DNA of 64,000 nt from assembly GCA_963719315.1 (NCBI GenBank), contig CAVRBU010000010.1, positions 42,217-106,216 on the forward strand, given 5' to 3'. Positions 39,044-50,403 of the stretch are shown one piece after another. The notes beneath the pieces were generated by a model that was given only the letters and a program-made list of their open reading frames with translations, ran no database searches and had not been told where the DNA came from. Source of the DNA: an uncultured Planctomycetota bacterium (GTDB lineage Bacteria > Planctomycetota > Planctomycetia > Pirellulales > Lacipirellulaceae). Numbering within the stretch: position 1 is the first letter of the stretch; each line of letters opens with the position of its first letter. Made by a program: the position numbers and the translations under genes.

Positions 39044-39440
39044 CTGGATTGGCAGAGAGCAGTGGCTTAGTCTTTGCGGATTCGTGACACGATGCTTTCT
39101 CTTGCGGCCGGAACGAGATTAAGACACCGGCACTTCACGTCACGTCGGCCTCGCCGGTCAACTGCTTGGCCGTGGAACGGTCGTTGGCAATGTCGTGCGC
39201 GAAGGAGGATTTGTCGCTCCTGGGTTCTCTCCTGGCATACTGACCATCGAAGGCGATTACACGGAAATCGAAAACGAAGGCGCACTCCTGATGTAGGTCG
39301 GCGAGTTTGTGCCCAAACCGGCGACGCTGGTGCTGCTCATGTGTGCGGTGGCGGGGGTACGTCCTTGGCGGCGCCGGAGCACATTTATCGTCTCGAAACT
39401 CATCAACGCGTGACACTGTCATCAATCCACCGGTTTAGAC

Positions 39441-39615
39441 ACCCGTTTCCTGGCACACGAATTTAGTACCGAAAAACGTCTGTTCGGAGCTTTTGAGACG
39501 GATCTGATCAAAAAACGCTCCCGGCTGCGTCATCTAACCAACGAATATGATACCGCTTCGTTATAGGCATTTTTTGGTCCGAGCGTCGGATCGCAGGGGT
39601 TCGACATGTGCGCAA
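39441..39615 (+). repeat. Non-coding repeat family member (longest copy)
   Basis: Contains both the segment shared with 3625-3692/38019 and the segment shared with 36854. Confidence 0.75.
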
Positions 39616-40080
39616 GGCTAAACACAGCGCAACACGGGGGCTGTGATCCGACAATCGGTCTATTCTAGGGGAATACACGTCGAGGAGTTCCCGATATTGG
39701 GACGATTGAGTCGGTCAAAACGTTCAGAATCCGTTGGACTTTCCAGGTATTGCGGTGTAGGCTTACTTCCGTTTCCTACGACGTGACCCGGGACCTACCA
39801 TGGCGCGTTTGCGGATCATCCCTGGCCGGTGGCATTCCCGATGGCGTGAAGCCTGGAGTTCCCATTTCTGCGCCATCAATCACGAGCTGTGCCTGATTCG
39901 GCTTCTTCTTAGCTCGACCGGTGGCGGCGGGCCGCCACTGTCGCCTCGCACTTTTTGTACCAGCGCGCTCTGACGCTTCGGGCGAGCCTTAATTCCGCTC
40001 GTTTGAATCCTGCCGTGTGGCTCTGGTTCGCCGAATATGCGCATACTCCTCCACTTGAAACTTCGTCCGAGGAGGGACCA

Positions 40081-40808
40081 ATGAAATCGCTCAGCACGCT
40101 GCTCGTCTTGAAGCTGTGCCTGCTACTTGCACCACTCCCTGCCGCTCATGCCCAGTGGGACGATGGGTACTGGCTTCTTAATTTCGATAACGGCACGTCC
40201 TCCACGGCGCCTCCGCTTCGCGTGGGCGTGGACCTGGGCGATGGCAGCGGGTTTTCATTTCAAACGCTCGCTGACGACAACGGCGACGGCGCTATCCACT
40301 TGCCGCGGGTGCCGGTCGGCGGTGGGCTGGCGCTGGGTGTAACCCACGCTGGCGGTGAGGTCACGTGTGACCTTTGGGATTTAGTTGGTGCACAACCCAC
40401 GGGTACGACCATCCAGAAACCGCTCTTGATCATTGCCGAAACGTCGAGGGGGAAACGCTTGGCGCCGACTATGGCGACCTCACCAAGCCACCGTTTGCGC
40501 TCACGCCGAACGCCCGATATACCGTGGTGGATGGCCGCGTCGCCGGCTGGCCCGAGGTCCGCTTCGTGAATGACTTTGGCGTGCCCGGCTTGGAAGAATT
40601 CGTGCAGAAGGTCGAGTCCCTGCCAAACTTCAACGGCGACGTGATCGTGAGCACCGCGACCGTGACCGGCACGTTCGTGCCCGAGCCGGCAAGCTGGTTA
40701 CTATCACTCGGCGGCGCGATGGCGATCGCCGGCCGTCGTCGCAGGTCGAGGCAACTGGTAAACGCAACCAATTTAATTCCCCAACATACTCTCGGGAGTG
40801 ACCCATGA
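40081..40808 (+). CDS. PEP-CTERM protein, frameshift near 40455
   Basis: GGAG RBS, signal peptide, TFVPEPASW + TM + RRRR. Confidence 0.75.
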
Positions 40809-41470
40809 AATCCATCGCCCGCATATTTCTGCTCGCCATCGTTTCGTTCTCTTGGACGTTCTCCACTGCGTCGGCCCAGACCAGCGATGGTTGGTGGTTT
40901 CTTAAATTCGAGGATACCACCGGTGCGGCATTGCAGCCGCTCAACATCGGAATCGATCTGGGAGACGGGAGTGGCTTCAGCTTCCTCACGCTCCCGGACG
41001 ACGACGGCGACGGAATGATCCACCTGCCCCCGGTGCCCAACGGCGGCCGGCTAGCGTTGGGGGTGGATGCCGACGGCGAAGTCGGCTGCGATATATGGGA
41101 AATTCTCGGAACTCAGGTTGTAATTCCCCCCACAACCATCTCGCACCCCCCTACTGATCATTGCCGAAGACGTCGAGGGCAGGGCCCTCGGCATGGGCTT
41201 CATTCCCTACCCCCAAATTCCTTTTCCACCGATCAGAGGCGCTCATGCCGGGCGAGCGACTGACGGCGATGGATGGGCAACTGGCCGACTGGCCCGATTT
41301 GCGCTTGGTCGAGGTCGGTCACGGGCGCTTAATTTCTTGGACGAGTACATTGAGCAAGTCGACACGCTACCCAATTTCAGCGGCGAGGTGATCGTCACCA
41401 GCCTGCTGCTGACCGGCACGTTTGTGCCCGAGCCGGCAAGCTGGCTACTACTGCTCATCGGCGCGATGGC
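40805..41470 (+). pseudogene. Tandem paralog of preceding PEP-CTERM gene, frameshifted, tail truncated
   Basis: Shared DLGDGSGFSF..L.DD.GDG.IHLP.VP.GG.LALGV and TGTFVPEPASWLL; homology stops at GCGATGGC (41470). Confidence 0.7.
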
Positions 41471-42790
41471 CAGCAAATCGAACTGCGATTGTCGAGCTTC
41501 CTGGGACGCCACAAGGGTGTCCGCTTCACTTTCCCAAACTCGGTTCATCGTTCGTCGATGTGCTCGTAGTGTGCGGAGAAACGCCTCGATCGAGGAAAGG
41601 AGTCGCTGCTGGAGCCCGGATATGAGGAGGGCGCCCTCGGCCCGTTTGCGCTTGGTGGCCCCGTCCAGTCGCCGCTGCCGCACGCTGCGATATTGATCGA
41701 GTAATTGGGCGAGGACGAACTCTGGCTGGTCATTGGGCAATCCATCGAGGTCGATTTGTCGGACCTCGCGCTTCGGCAAGCCGCCGACGATTTCGCGCAC
41801 ATCATCCTTGATGCGGCGAACCATGACGTGATCGAGGTGGCTCTTAAGAACTTTTACGCCGCGGCAAAACCGCTGCGGATCGAGGATCTCTAACAGAGCG
41901 CTAAAGCTGTTGGAATGGCCATTGTGCGGCGTCGCCGAAAGGAATAAGCGGTGCTCGAATCGTGGCGCTAAGTCCCGAATTGCCCGTGTGATTTTCGAGT
42001 CGATCGCATATTTCGAACCGCTGGAAGGAGCGGCATGGTGTGCTTCATCGAGAATCAATAAGCTGCCGGGTCGAAGGTTGTCGAGCCAGCTTCGGAGTGG
42101 CGCCGTGTAGGTTTCGTCAATTAGCAGCCGTTGGGAAATCAGAAACCGTGGAAAAGTGGTCCAGGGATTTACACCGTACCCACGTTGCTCCCGCACTCGT
42201 TCGATGTATTGACGATCGAGGATTTCGAACGTCAATCCAAATCTAATTTCCAACTCGTCTTTCCATTGTGACAGCATTGTCGGTGGGCAGGCGACAACGA
42301 TCTCTCGCACGCGGCGGCGCAACAGCAGTTCGCTCGCGATCAGCCCGGCCTCAATCGTCTTGCCGAGGCCAACGTCGTCCGCGATGAACAGGTTGATGCG
42401 GGGTAGGAGTAGAGCCTTGCGGAGCGGTTCGAGTTGGTAAGCGTCGATGCGAATGCCAGCGCGAAATGGCGCCTGGAAGAGCTTTGGATTCGTCGCTGTG
42501 ACGCAGTGCCACCGCAGCGTATGAACATAAGCTCCGAACAGTCGCGGTGGATCGAAGCCTCGCTTGCCGATGGTCTTCCAGACTTGCTCGTCGATTACCT
42601 CTCGGTCAAGCTCCAATTCCCAGACGCTTTCGAGCGGTTGGCCTTGAGCGTCGTCATCGAGGCACGCCATGCGGATGAGATTGCCGCCGACGGCCGGTTC
42701 TACGGATTCGACTAAGTATGTGCGGGTGCGCAGGCGCACAACGTCGCCAGCTCGAGGCACTCGATTCGTGATCTCCGCGACACTTGCCAT
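41471..42790 (-). pseudogene. drmD: SNF2-like helicase resembling DISARM DrmD, 3'-truncated
   Basis: FQAPFRAGI...YQLEPLRKAL..PR.NLFIADDVGLGKTIEAG, DEAH, LSATPHNG; helicase C domain missing. Confidence 0.75.
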
Positions 42791-42801
42791 TCGTCCGCCA
42801 C

Positions 42802-43023
42802 CTATTTCGCACTTCGTCCCCGTCTGGCACTTGCAACCCGCGACCGCTCAATGCTTTCCAGCAATTGCTCAAGGTCGGAACGCTTGAAGAGGCGATAGCT
42901 GTTAATTGGATTGCGGTACATTGGCACCTTCCCATCACGTCCCCAGTTCCTGAGTGTGTTTGCCGAGACACCAAGGAATTTGGCGGCCTCACGAATCGGA
43001 AGGTACGCATCGAGCTTTTCCAC
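42802..43023 (-). CDS. MerR/excisionase-like HTH protein
   Basis: IREAAKFLGVSANTLRNW...RNPINSYRLF. Confidence 0.8.
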   Translation of the reverse strand: MEKLDAYLPIREAAKFLGVSANTLRNWGRDGKVPMYRNPINSYRLFKRSDLEQLLESIERSRVASARRGRSAK

Positions 43024-43182
43024 GAAAATCTCCCGACTAGCCCACCTGAACTGGTGATGGACTAACCTTACCAAAGACGATGCCGAGGTGCTAGCACCAG
43101 CGAGTGCTCATTAATGCGAGTTTGCCGAGCGATTTGGAAGATTCGCCAGCCGACGCGGTAGATGGTGCTGGCTCGTGACGCT

Positions 43183-43500
43183 CTACCGACGCAAGAACAC
43201 TCTGAGAAGGCGCTGGCCCCAGCTATTGAGAGTTTCTTCTCGCCGCCCGCAGCCGCAACCCGTCTTTTTCTTTATTCCGACGTGATTGAGGCAACGCGCT
43301 ACTAAGGTGCCGAGTTGAAACGTGCGGCGCTTCTTGACTGGCGGATTCGGCTCAGAAGACCGCTTCGAAATTGACGGCCGGATCGGTCGGCGCTCATTGT
43401 CTGCCCGCGCATCGGCACCACCACAGCGAGCGTGATACTTTTCAGGCGGTAGCGACGGATCAGAGATGCGCATCCGCCAGCCGCAGATCTGGTACACCAT
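43183..43500 (-). CDS. Small Cys-rich hypothetical protein
   Basis: LGTLVA..L..VGI...CGCGRREETLN motif shared with neighbour. Confidence 0.5.
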   Translation of the reverse strand: MVYQICGWRMRISDPSLPPEKYHARCGGADARADNERRPIRPSISKRSSEPNPPVKKRRTFQLGTLVARCLNHVGIKKKTGCGCGRREETLNSWGQRLLRVFLRR

Positions 43501-43537
43501 GAAGTCGCAATTTCGCTCAAAGTCGTACTTGCATGAG

Positions 43538-43813
43538 TCATTGTCTTGCGCTGTTTCGACTCCACCAGTCGCTGACCTTGTTTAGCCATTCTTTGCGCGC
43601 ATCGCAGTTGCACGTTGGGGCGAAGCCGAACAGCTCCTTAGCGGCGAGGTAGCGTTCCTTTGTGACGCCGATTGAGCGCAAGAGGGATTCTGTGAAATCG
43701 CCAAGGCCAAGATCGGATGCGGCAGGCGTATTGGTTGCGGCGGGAACGGAAAGTACACCGCGGCAGGGCGCACGGGCGGAAAGCGATATTCGAGGCGCAG
43801 TTCGTACCCGCAC
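43538..43813 (-). CDS. Small Cys-rich hypothetical protein (5' end probably frameshifted)
   Basis: LGDFTESLL..IGV...CNCDARKEWLN. Confidence 0.5.
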   Translation of the reverse strand: MRVRTAPRISLSARAPCRGVLSVPAATNTPAASDLGLGDFTESLLRSIGVTKERYLAAKELFGFAPTCNCDARKEWLNKVSDWWSRNSARQ

Positions 43814-43859
43814 TTCGTGCAGCGCGTGCCCTTTGAACCATCAGAGAATTCGCAAAGGT

Positions 43860-44348
43860 CTACCAACTGACGTGAATTCCTTTGATGTAGCCGACGTGGT
43901 TGCAGAACGCGCCGCTGTCCCAGTGGGTGTAGGCATCCGGGTTGTCGTAGGTGCCGTGGCAGCCCGGTGGGTGCCAAGAGTTGCTGTAGATATACGCGCC
44001 CAGGCCCTGGTTGTGGCACGCCCAGAACCCGTTTTCGAGTGCCAGCGGTGGGCCGACAAGGCAAGACACGCCGGCGTAGAGAATGCCTTCGCACGAAATC
44101 GATGCGATGCCGTGCACATAGCGGCGGCCCGTTTGTGTTTCGCCGCCGATTAAACGTGAGCAGCACTCGGGATCGACCGGGCCTTCGTCGATTGTGAGCT
44201 CGTATTGTGCAACTCCAAATGCCTCACCTGCGAACGGCAAAATGAAGCTGCCTGGCAGCCGCGACGACATCCACTCGTCCTCTTCCTTGGTGCAGTGGCA
44301 AAACTGCTCGGACGCAGTTGAATAAAACTCGTCGATCGTGACCGACAC
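43860..44348 (-). CDS. Cys-rich hypothetical protein, 5' end uncertain
   Basis: Cys-rich 162-aa ORF co-oriented with neighbours. Confidence 0.35.
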   Translation of the reverse strand: MSVTIDEFYSTASEQFCHCTKEEDEWMSSRLPGSFILPFAGEAFGVAQYELTIDEGPVDPECCSRLIGGETQTGRRYVHGIASISCEGILYAGVSCLVGPPLALENGFWACHNQGLGAYIYSNSWHPPGCHGTYDNPDAYTHWDSGAFCNHVGYIKGIHVSW

Positions 44349-44447
44349 TTCGGGTGGCCAGTTGATAACCGGCGTGCCATCGACGCAGTGGCCCCCGTAG
44401 CAGCAACAGAATTGCGGGCTGATCTGGTAGGTGGTGGTGTCCGAACA

Positions 44448-45114
44448 ACCGCCGGTCGAGTTCCTGGATCGTGGCGATCATCGACTGGTGTTCAAGGTAC
44501 AGCTCGAAGATCGCTCGCACACGGGCGGCCTCTGCCTCGTTGACCACCAGTTTCGACCCTCGCGGGTCCACGTCGTACCCGAGGAGCGGCATGCCTCCCG
44601 ACCATTTACCCTTACGTCGCGCCGCTGCGATCTTGTCGCGTGTTCGTTCGGAGATAATCTCTCGTTCGAATTGAGCGAATGACAACAGCACGTTCAGCAT
44701 CAGCCGGCCCATGGACGTCGTCGTGTTAAACTGCTGCGTGACGCTGACGAAAGCGACGTGGTGCCGCTCGAAGATTTCCAACATCCGGGCGAAATCCAGC
44801 AGAGACCGGCTAAGACGATCGACTTTGTAGACCACCACGCAGTCGATTTTCCCGGCTTCGATGTCTGCGATGAGGCGTCGCAGCGCGGGTCGATCCATGT
44901 TGCCGCCCGTGAACCCGCCATCGTCATATTTGTCCGACACGCAATCCCATCCCTCCTGGGCTTGGCTCTTAATGTAGGCCTCGCCCGATTCCCGCTGGGC
45001 GTCGAGCGAATTGAATTCCTGCTCCAGCCCGTCCTCGGTGGACTTGCGAGTGTAGATGGCGCATTTCATTCTCTTAGGGGCCGTCGCTTGATGGCGATTG
45101 TTGGTCTTGGTCAT
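44448..45114 (-). pseudogene. Large serine recombinase, 3'-truncated (element C)
   Basis: CAIYTRKS, YDDGGFTG, VDRLSRS, FAQFERE; similarity to 34644 gene ends at QELDRR. Confidence 0.85.
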
Positions 45115-45611
45115 TTCGCACCTCCCTGTTGGCGAAGTCGGAAGAAGTGGTAGCCATTGCAGTGCTGGCCGCTGATCTTCTTGGCCACGGCGCTCAGGGA
45201 CTTGAAGACCTCGCCTTCGAACTCGAAACCGTGCGGCAAGACACGAACTTGCATCGTATGCCCCTTGTATTCCCGCATGATGATGGTGCCTGGCACCGGC
45301 AGCCGGTTGTCAATTGCCACCGCGAGCGATGCCGACTTCGTAAGTTCCGGAGTGGTCGCCGTGGGCTTGGTTGCCTTCGGCGCCGATGTGCGGAGGTCCG
45401 CATCGTTGGCCAGCTCAGCAGCGCGCTGGCGGGCTCGTTCCGAAATGTCACCTTCGACGAGTGCCTGCATCCGCCAGGCGATTCGCTTGACGAGCCATTG
45501 TTTGTGACGTGCGTTCGTCGACTCGCCGAACACATCGGCGAACTTCTCACGCAGTGCGCCGACCGTCATCCGCTGGAGTGCGGCGACTTCTTTATCTACG
45601 TTCATACTCAT
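45111..45611 (-). CDS. DUF2924 protein
   Basis: LQRMTVGAL, RLPVPGT, FKSLSAVAKKISGQHCNGYHFF. Confidence 0.88.
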   Translation of the reverse strand: MSMNVDKEVAALQRMTVGALREKFADVFGESTNARHKQWLVKRIAWRMQALVEGDISERARQRAAELANDADLRTSAPKATKPTATTPELTKSASLAVAIDNRLPVPGTIIMREYKGHTMQVRVLPHGFEFEGEVFKSLSAVAKKISGQHCNGYHFFRLRQQGGAK

Positions 45612-45644
45612 GCATCTCTCCTGGTTTGGGATTCTCGGAAACCG

Positions 45645-45881
45645 TTAACCGCCGTGGATCACACTGAGCACGGTTTCGGCGGGAACCTCAAGGCATGCTG
45701 TCGCAGAATCTGGAGAGATTTCTGGGGTCGGGACGCCGCCCGGAATGGCCACGCGGGCATGGAGCCGCAGAACACCGGCGGCCAAAATGCTGGCCACTTC
45801 CGAGCGATGCGCGTCAGGCGCCAAAGAAGACGGATCGTCAGTCGGTCGCATGTGGACATCTCCATTGGGAGTTGCCCACAA
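45645..45881 (-). CDS. Small conserved protein preceding DUF2924
   Basis: Homolog of 33911..34117. Confidence 0.6.
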   Translation of the reverse strand: MWATPNGDVHMRPTDDPSSLAPDAHRSEVASILAAGVLRLHARVAIPGGVPTPEISPDSATACLEVPAETVLSVIHGG

Positions 45882-45937
45882 CGACCTTCGCTTGGCGACC
45901 GGCGCGCTGTCTGGCAGGACAATTGGGTTAACAGCCT

Positions 45938-45976
45938 CTATCTGTTAACCTACCCGGTTGAGGTGGTGAATGACGG
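45938..45976 (-). promoter_or_regulatory. Element-specific promoter-like motif, copy 3
   Basis: CCGTCATTC...ACCGGGTAGGTTAACAGATAG upstream of element C recombinase operon. Confidence 0.6.
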
Positions 45977-46062
45977 AATTGATTTGTGGGTCGCCTGCTT
46001 TGCCACGATCCCGCGTAGGTGGCGTCCCTGGAATGGAGAGATAAAGCTTCTGGAGACAAAGA

Positions 46063-46758
46063 ATGAGACCGCTGCATTTGGAGCAACATCGCACGGATCG
46101 CATCGGCTGGCTCCGCGCCGCGGTGCTGGGGGCGAACGACGGGATTGTGTCCACGGCAAGCCTTGTGGTTGGCGTGGCGGCGGCTAATGCCGCCAGCAGC
46201 GAGGTTCTGGTTGCAGGTGTTGCCGGCTTGGTTGCGGGTGCCATGTCGATGGCCGCCGGCGAGTATGTCTCGGTCAGTTCGCAATCCGACACGGAGCGGG
46301 CAGACCTCGAGCGGGAACGCAAGGAACTCGCCGCAGATAGCGAATTCGAGCATGACGAGTTGGCTGCCGTTTACGTCAAACGTGGTCTTGACGCGGAGCT
46401 TGCCAAACAAGTTGCCGAGCAACTCATGGCGCACGATGCGCTCGGCGCTCATGCCCGCGATGAACTTGGCATTTCGGATATGACGACCGCACGGCCAATT
46501 CAGGCGGCATTCGCCTCGGCAGCAACCTTCGCTGTCGGCGCAGCGATGCCGATGTTGACCGTACTCGTCACCCCCAGTGCGGCGCTGATTCCCGTCGTGA
46601 TTACAACCTCCATCTTGTTCCTCTCGCTCCTGGGTGGATTCGGAGCTTACGCTGGCGGCGCACCTGTGGGAAAGGCTGCCCTTCGGGTGACGTTCTGGGG
46701 TGCGCTCGCGATGGCGCTTACGGCAGGTGTGGGGGCGCTGTTCGGGGCGACTGTTTGA
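46063..46758 (+). CDS. VIT1/CCC1 family Fe/Mn transporter
   Basis: WLRAAVLGANDGIVS, AGAMSMAAGEYVSVSSQ. Confidence 0.92.
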   Translation: MRPLHLEQHRTDRIGWLRAAVLGANDGIVSTASLVVGVAAANAASSEVLVAGVAGLVAGAMSMAAGEYVSVSSQSDTERADLERERKELAADSEFEHDELAAVYVKRGLDAELAKQVAEQLMAHDALGAHARDELGISDMTTARPIQAAFASAATFAVGAAMPMLTVLVTPSAALIPVVITTSILFLSLLGGFGAYAGGAPVGKAALRVTFWGALAMALTAGVGALFGATV

Positions 46759-47234
46759 CGCCGCTTCACGTGAGTTGTCGTTTGAAACGAATCGTCTCGC
46801 TGGTTCAAATCCAGTTTTTCCGCAGCAGCCACGTCTTAGCGGTTTGTGTGAGGACGACGTAACCCTACGCCACGCTTCGCGTCGAGAATCGAACTGGCGC
46901 ACTGATGTTACAGTGCCTCTATCCGTAAACCTAGTCAGCGCGAGTTGTAGATGACGAAAGCAGGGTCCGAAAGGAACCGGCTTGTTAACTTTTTCCGGGC
47001 GAACGCGCAGAGACTCGGAGAGTTCGTGACCGAGATTCTAGGGTGCAGGAGGAACCGTGAGGGTTCCTGTCGAGCCCTATTTGCACTCTCTCGAAAGAGA
47101 GAACATCGCGATTCGGATCGGAATCGCCAAAAGCCCTTGAGAACACGGGCCATAAACGCGAGACGCCCGACTGCCGATCTCTAGGCGTCGGGCGTTAACT
47201 GGCTTGTCGGCTTCGTTCGTAGAAAAACAAAAAG

Positions 47235-47351
47235 CTCCCCGTATAGGACGGATTTACGAACTTTGGCGCAGAGCGCATTTTCGTAAATCATTGAGAGGGA
47301 AGCGATTAGCGAGTTCGAGTCCTATCCGGTAGGCCTACCGGATGAGACGGA
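47235..47351. repeat. Hairpin leader (P-type end) without adjacent transposase
   Basis: Near-identical to 11543-11661. Confidence 0.9.
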
Positions 47352-47516
47352 TTATAACGGGAGCGCCAATTAGGTGCGAAGTGAACTCGGGTAGACTTTG
47401 CGGGCAGGACTTTAGGTCCACCAGAGTTGAGCTCTCCGTTTGACTCGTTCATCGCATGTTCTCGGAACGTCTCCGTTGCGTGGATCGACATTCTTGTTCT
47501 TGAGAGCGGGTCGCGA

Positions 47517-49331
47517 CTATTGATTAGGTTTAGTCGCCGGTGACATAGTCATCACTCTTCCCGATACTACTGCGTAGCCGATATTTCCCAGGTCAAGTCG
47601 CACCGTTACATTCCCTGGCCCATCCGCTCTGAACGTCCTTTCCTCGCGTCCGCCCGGCGCAATCTCGATCTCGCCCGTTAAACCCGTCGCGTTCACGGCG
47701 CTCACATTGCCCCGAGCCCGTTTCGCTCCGAAGTTATATGCAGCCAGTCGTAGCTCGTTCGTCTCACGCAATCGAAAAGCCGAGTTAGCCGCATCCCCTT
47801 TCCCGATCAGTTGCAACACCACCGGACATGCCGTTCCGGCGCGCCACTCCGCCTTCGCCGGCGGCGGCTCGATCTTCAATTCTTTTGATCCGCCTGGCGG
47901 CAGAACCATGTAAATTGTCGCGCGAGAGAGTTCCACCTTCCCGCCTCGCGACAACTCTCGCCCAAGATAATCGTACGACTTCTGGGCTGGCCGAATCTCG
48001 ACCGTGGTTGGCTTCGTCTCGCTCCACGCGACCAGCGTTTCTCGCTCAGCCCCGTCGACCACCGTTTTGAAAACGTAGCCCTTCAACTTCTCGTTTCCCA
48101 GATCAACGCGTCCGATCGGTTCTGCTCCATTTAGAAGGCGCCCCGCCGCGGCAAACGCGACGTATGCGGGCCGCGGGGTGAGGTCATCGTGCACCAGGCC
48201 GTACTGTAGGTTTCGCTCGACGTAATCGCCCAGGATAAAGTAAAACGCCTTCGCCGGGCCCTCGTGAAGCGCTTGCGCAAACACCTTCGAGACTCGGTAC
48301 GCCTGTACGCGCAGATCGTCCTCCGACGGCTCCTTCGTCTTCACGTCCGCCCAATTCACCGTAAGGTTGAACTCCGTTGTCCACATCGGCCTGCCACCGC
48401 TCACCGCCCGGTGCCGTTCGTACACCCGTGGATACAACGGGAGCGCCGTGTAGTGGTGCAAGTCGTACCGATCGAAATAAGGGTACACTTCGTTCGCGCC
48501 AAACTCCTCCAGCGTTTCTGCCCGATCGATCGCGAAGGCCGCCTGGCAAACCGGCACTTGAGGATCGCCATCCTTCAGCCCCAGGTACGCCGCTTTTTGG
48601 AATGAAGCGATCTCGCAGCCGGTGTGGCCGCCGAACAGGTCGATGTCCGGCTCGTTTCAAGGCTCGATGGCGTCGGCCAAGCCGTTCCACCGTTTCGCCA
48701 ACCCGCAATAAAAATCGTATACGTCGCGCAAATTATCGGGAAAGTGTGCCCCGTTTTTCGAGGCCCAGGGCGGCGAGGCGTGATTCACCTGGAGCACTTT
48801 CAGTCCGGCCACATGCTCGATCCGCATCGCTCGCTCGTACCGCGTTTCCGCCGCCCAGGTCCCTCGCGCAGGTTCTAGTTCCGGCCAGCTCGACCGGTCA
48901 CGAACCCACTTCACGCCCGCTAGTCTGCAGAGCGTACACGCATCATGTATCTGATCCGCATCCGGATAAAACCAGGACATCGCCGCATCGACCGCGATCG
49001 GCGTGTTCTCCGAGGGGGACGACTTCGCGAGCACCGCGGCTGTGATCCTTTCGGGCCCATCCTTGCTTCCAACCTCGAAGTATCCCGTCGGCAGCTTTCC
49101 CAACTCGGCAGTTCCGTTCCGCACCGTTCCGCGGCCGACCACTTTCCCATCCACATCGACCGCCTTCCAAGCAGTCCATGGCGATGGCAGGGCGACACGT
49201 ACGTCGTCCCCCGCGAGATACACGTTCCCCGGATGGTCGGAGGCCAACGCGATTCGTGCCAAAAACGCCACACCGAGACAAATGCATCTCATTCCGCCAA
49301 GTCTGCCGGAGTGACTGGCTACGAAGATCAT
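47517..49331 (-). CDS. Secreted clan GH-A-like glycoside hydrolase, frameshifted near 48560-48660
   Basis: GVKWVRDR..W, AIEP(W)NE acid/base region, DLHHY, PMWTTEF nucleophile. Confidence 0.7.
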
Positions 49332-49364
49332 ATCTGAGAGCCCTTGGCATCGGCTCGCCGGAAC

Positions 49365-50381
49365 CTACTTCTGCCGGTGAGACACGCCGGCCTTTCGCCG
49401 CAATTGACCGTTTCGATGAGGACCTTGAAGGTGGTGGCCTCGTGAGCCAGCTATGGCCACCGGCGTTTTGGCATTTAACAACTTATTGATTTCCGTGCGT
49501 TTTGGCGCTGAAGGTTGAGCGCCCAATCGCGTGACAGATATCGCGCCCGCTGCGTTCGCGAATCGCACGGCGTCGATCAGCGACTGTCCTTCGGCCAATG
49601 CCACTGCCAATGCGCCGTTAAAGGTATCGCCGGCCGCAGTCGTGTCGACTGGTTTGGCTTTGAATCCTGGCACTAGTTGTCTCGACGAAGAAGTCGCCAC
49701 GAACGCGCCGCGGGCGCCGAGCGTGATGATGACGGTCTTGACGCCCTTTCGTAGCAAGATTTCGGCGGCCCGGCCGCAGGATGCGTTATCGAACACTTGG
49801 ATGCCCGTCAGGAGCTCGGCCTCGGTTTCATTCGGTGTTAAGAACGAAACTTTTTTCAATAGTTTGTCCGGCAGCGGACGTGCGGGGGCCGGGTTCAAAA
49901 TGACAATCGCCCCGCTTGAGTCCGCCAGATCAGCCGCGGCTTGGGCCGTTTCCAGGGGCGTCTCCAATTGCAGGACGACGGCAGCGGCGGCCGCGATGGC
50001 AGTCTTGGCTTTCCGCACGTCGGCCGGCGAAAGCTTTGCGTTCGCGCCACTGCCCACACCGATGCTGTTCTCGCCGTCTTTGGCCACAAAGATGAGTGCC
50101 ACGCCGGACGGAGATTTGTCACATTGCACATGATCGACGTTGATGCCGTGCTCAACGAAACCGGCGATCGCCTGCTGGCCGAACATATCGTCCCCGACGC
50201 GAGCGACGAACGTGACGGACCCGCCCGCCTTGGCGGCGGCTAAGGCCTGGTTGGCGCCTTTGCCGCCCGCAGCGGAGATGAATTCGCCCCCAAGGATGGT
50301 TTCGCCCGGCTTGGGGATCCGGTCCAGTTTAAGGATCATGTCGGTATTCGAGCTGCCGACAACAACGATTCTTCGCGCCAT
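49365..50381 (-). CDS. rbsK: Ribokinase
   Basis: VVGSSNTD, GGKGANQA, PNETEA, DTTAAGDTFNG. Confidence 0.92.
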   Translation of the reverse strand: MARRIVVVGSSNTDMILKLDRIPKPGETILGGEFISAAGGKGANQALAAAKAGGSVTFVARVGDDMFGQQAIAGFVEHGINVDHVQCDKSPSGVALIFVAKDGENSIGVGSGANAKLSPADVRKAKTAIAAAAAVVLQLETPLETAQAAADLADSSGAIVILNPAPARPLPDKLLKKVSFLTPNETEAELLTGIQVFDNASCGRAAEILLRKGVKTVIITLGARGAFVATSSSRQLVPGFKAKPVDTTAAGDTFNGALAVALAEGQSLIDAVRFANAAGAISVTRLGAQPSAPKRTEINKLLNAKTPVAIAGSRGHHLQGPHRNGQLRRKAGVSHRQK

Positions 50382-50403
50382 CGCATCTTCTCCTTGCAGC
50401 GAA

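Noticed and set aside
46799..46815. T-arm-like hairpin GCTGG-TTCAAAT-CCAGT
   Set aside because: Isolated 17-mer with no cloverleaf and no second copy; may be chance
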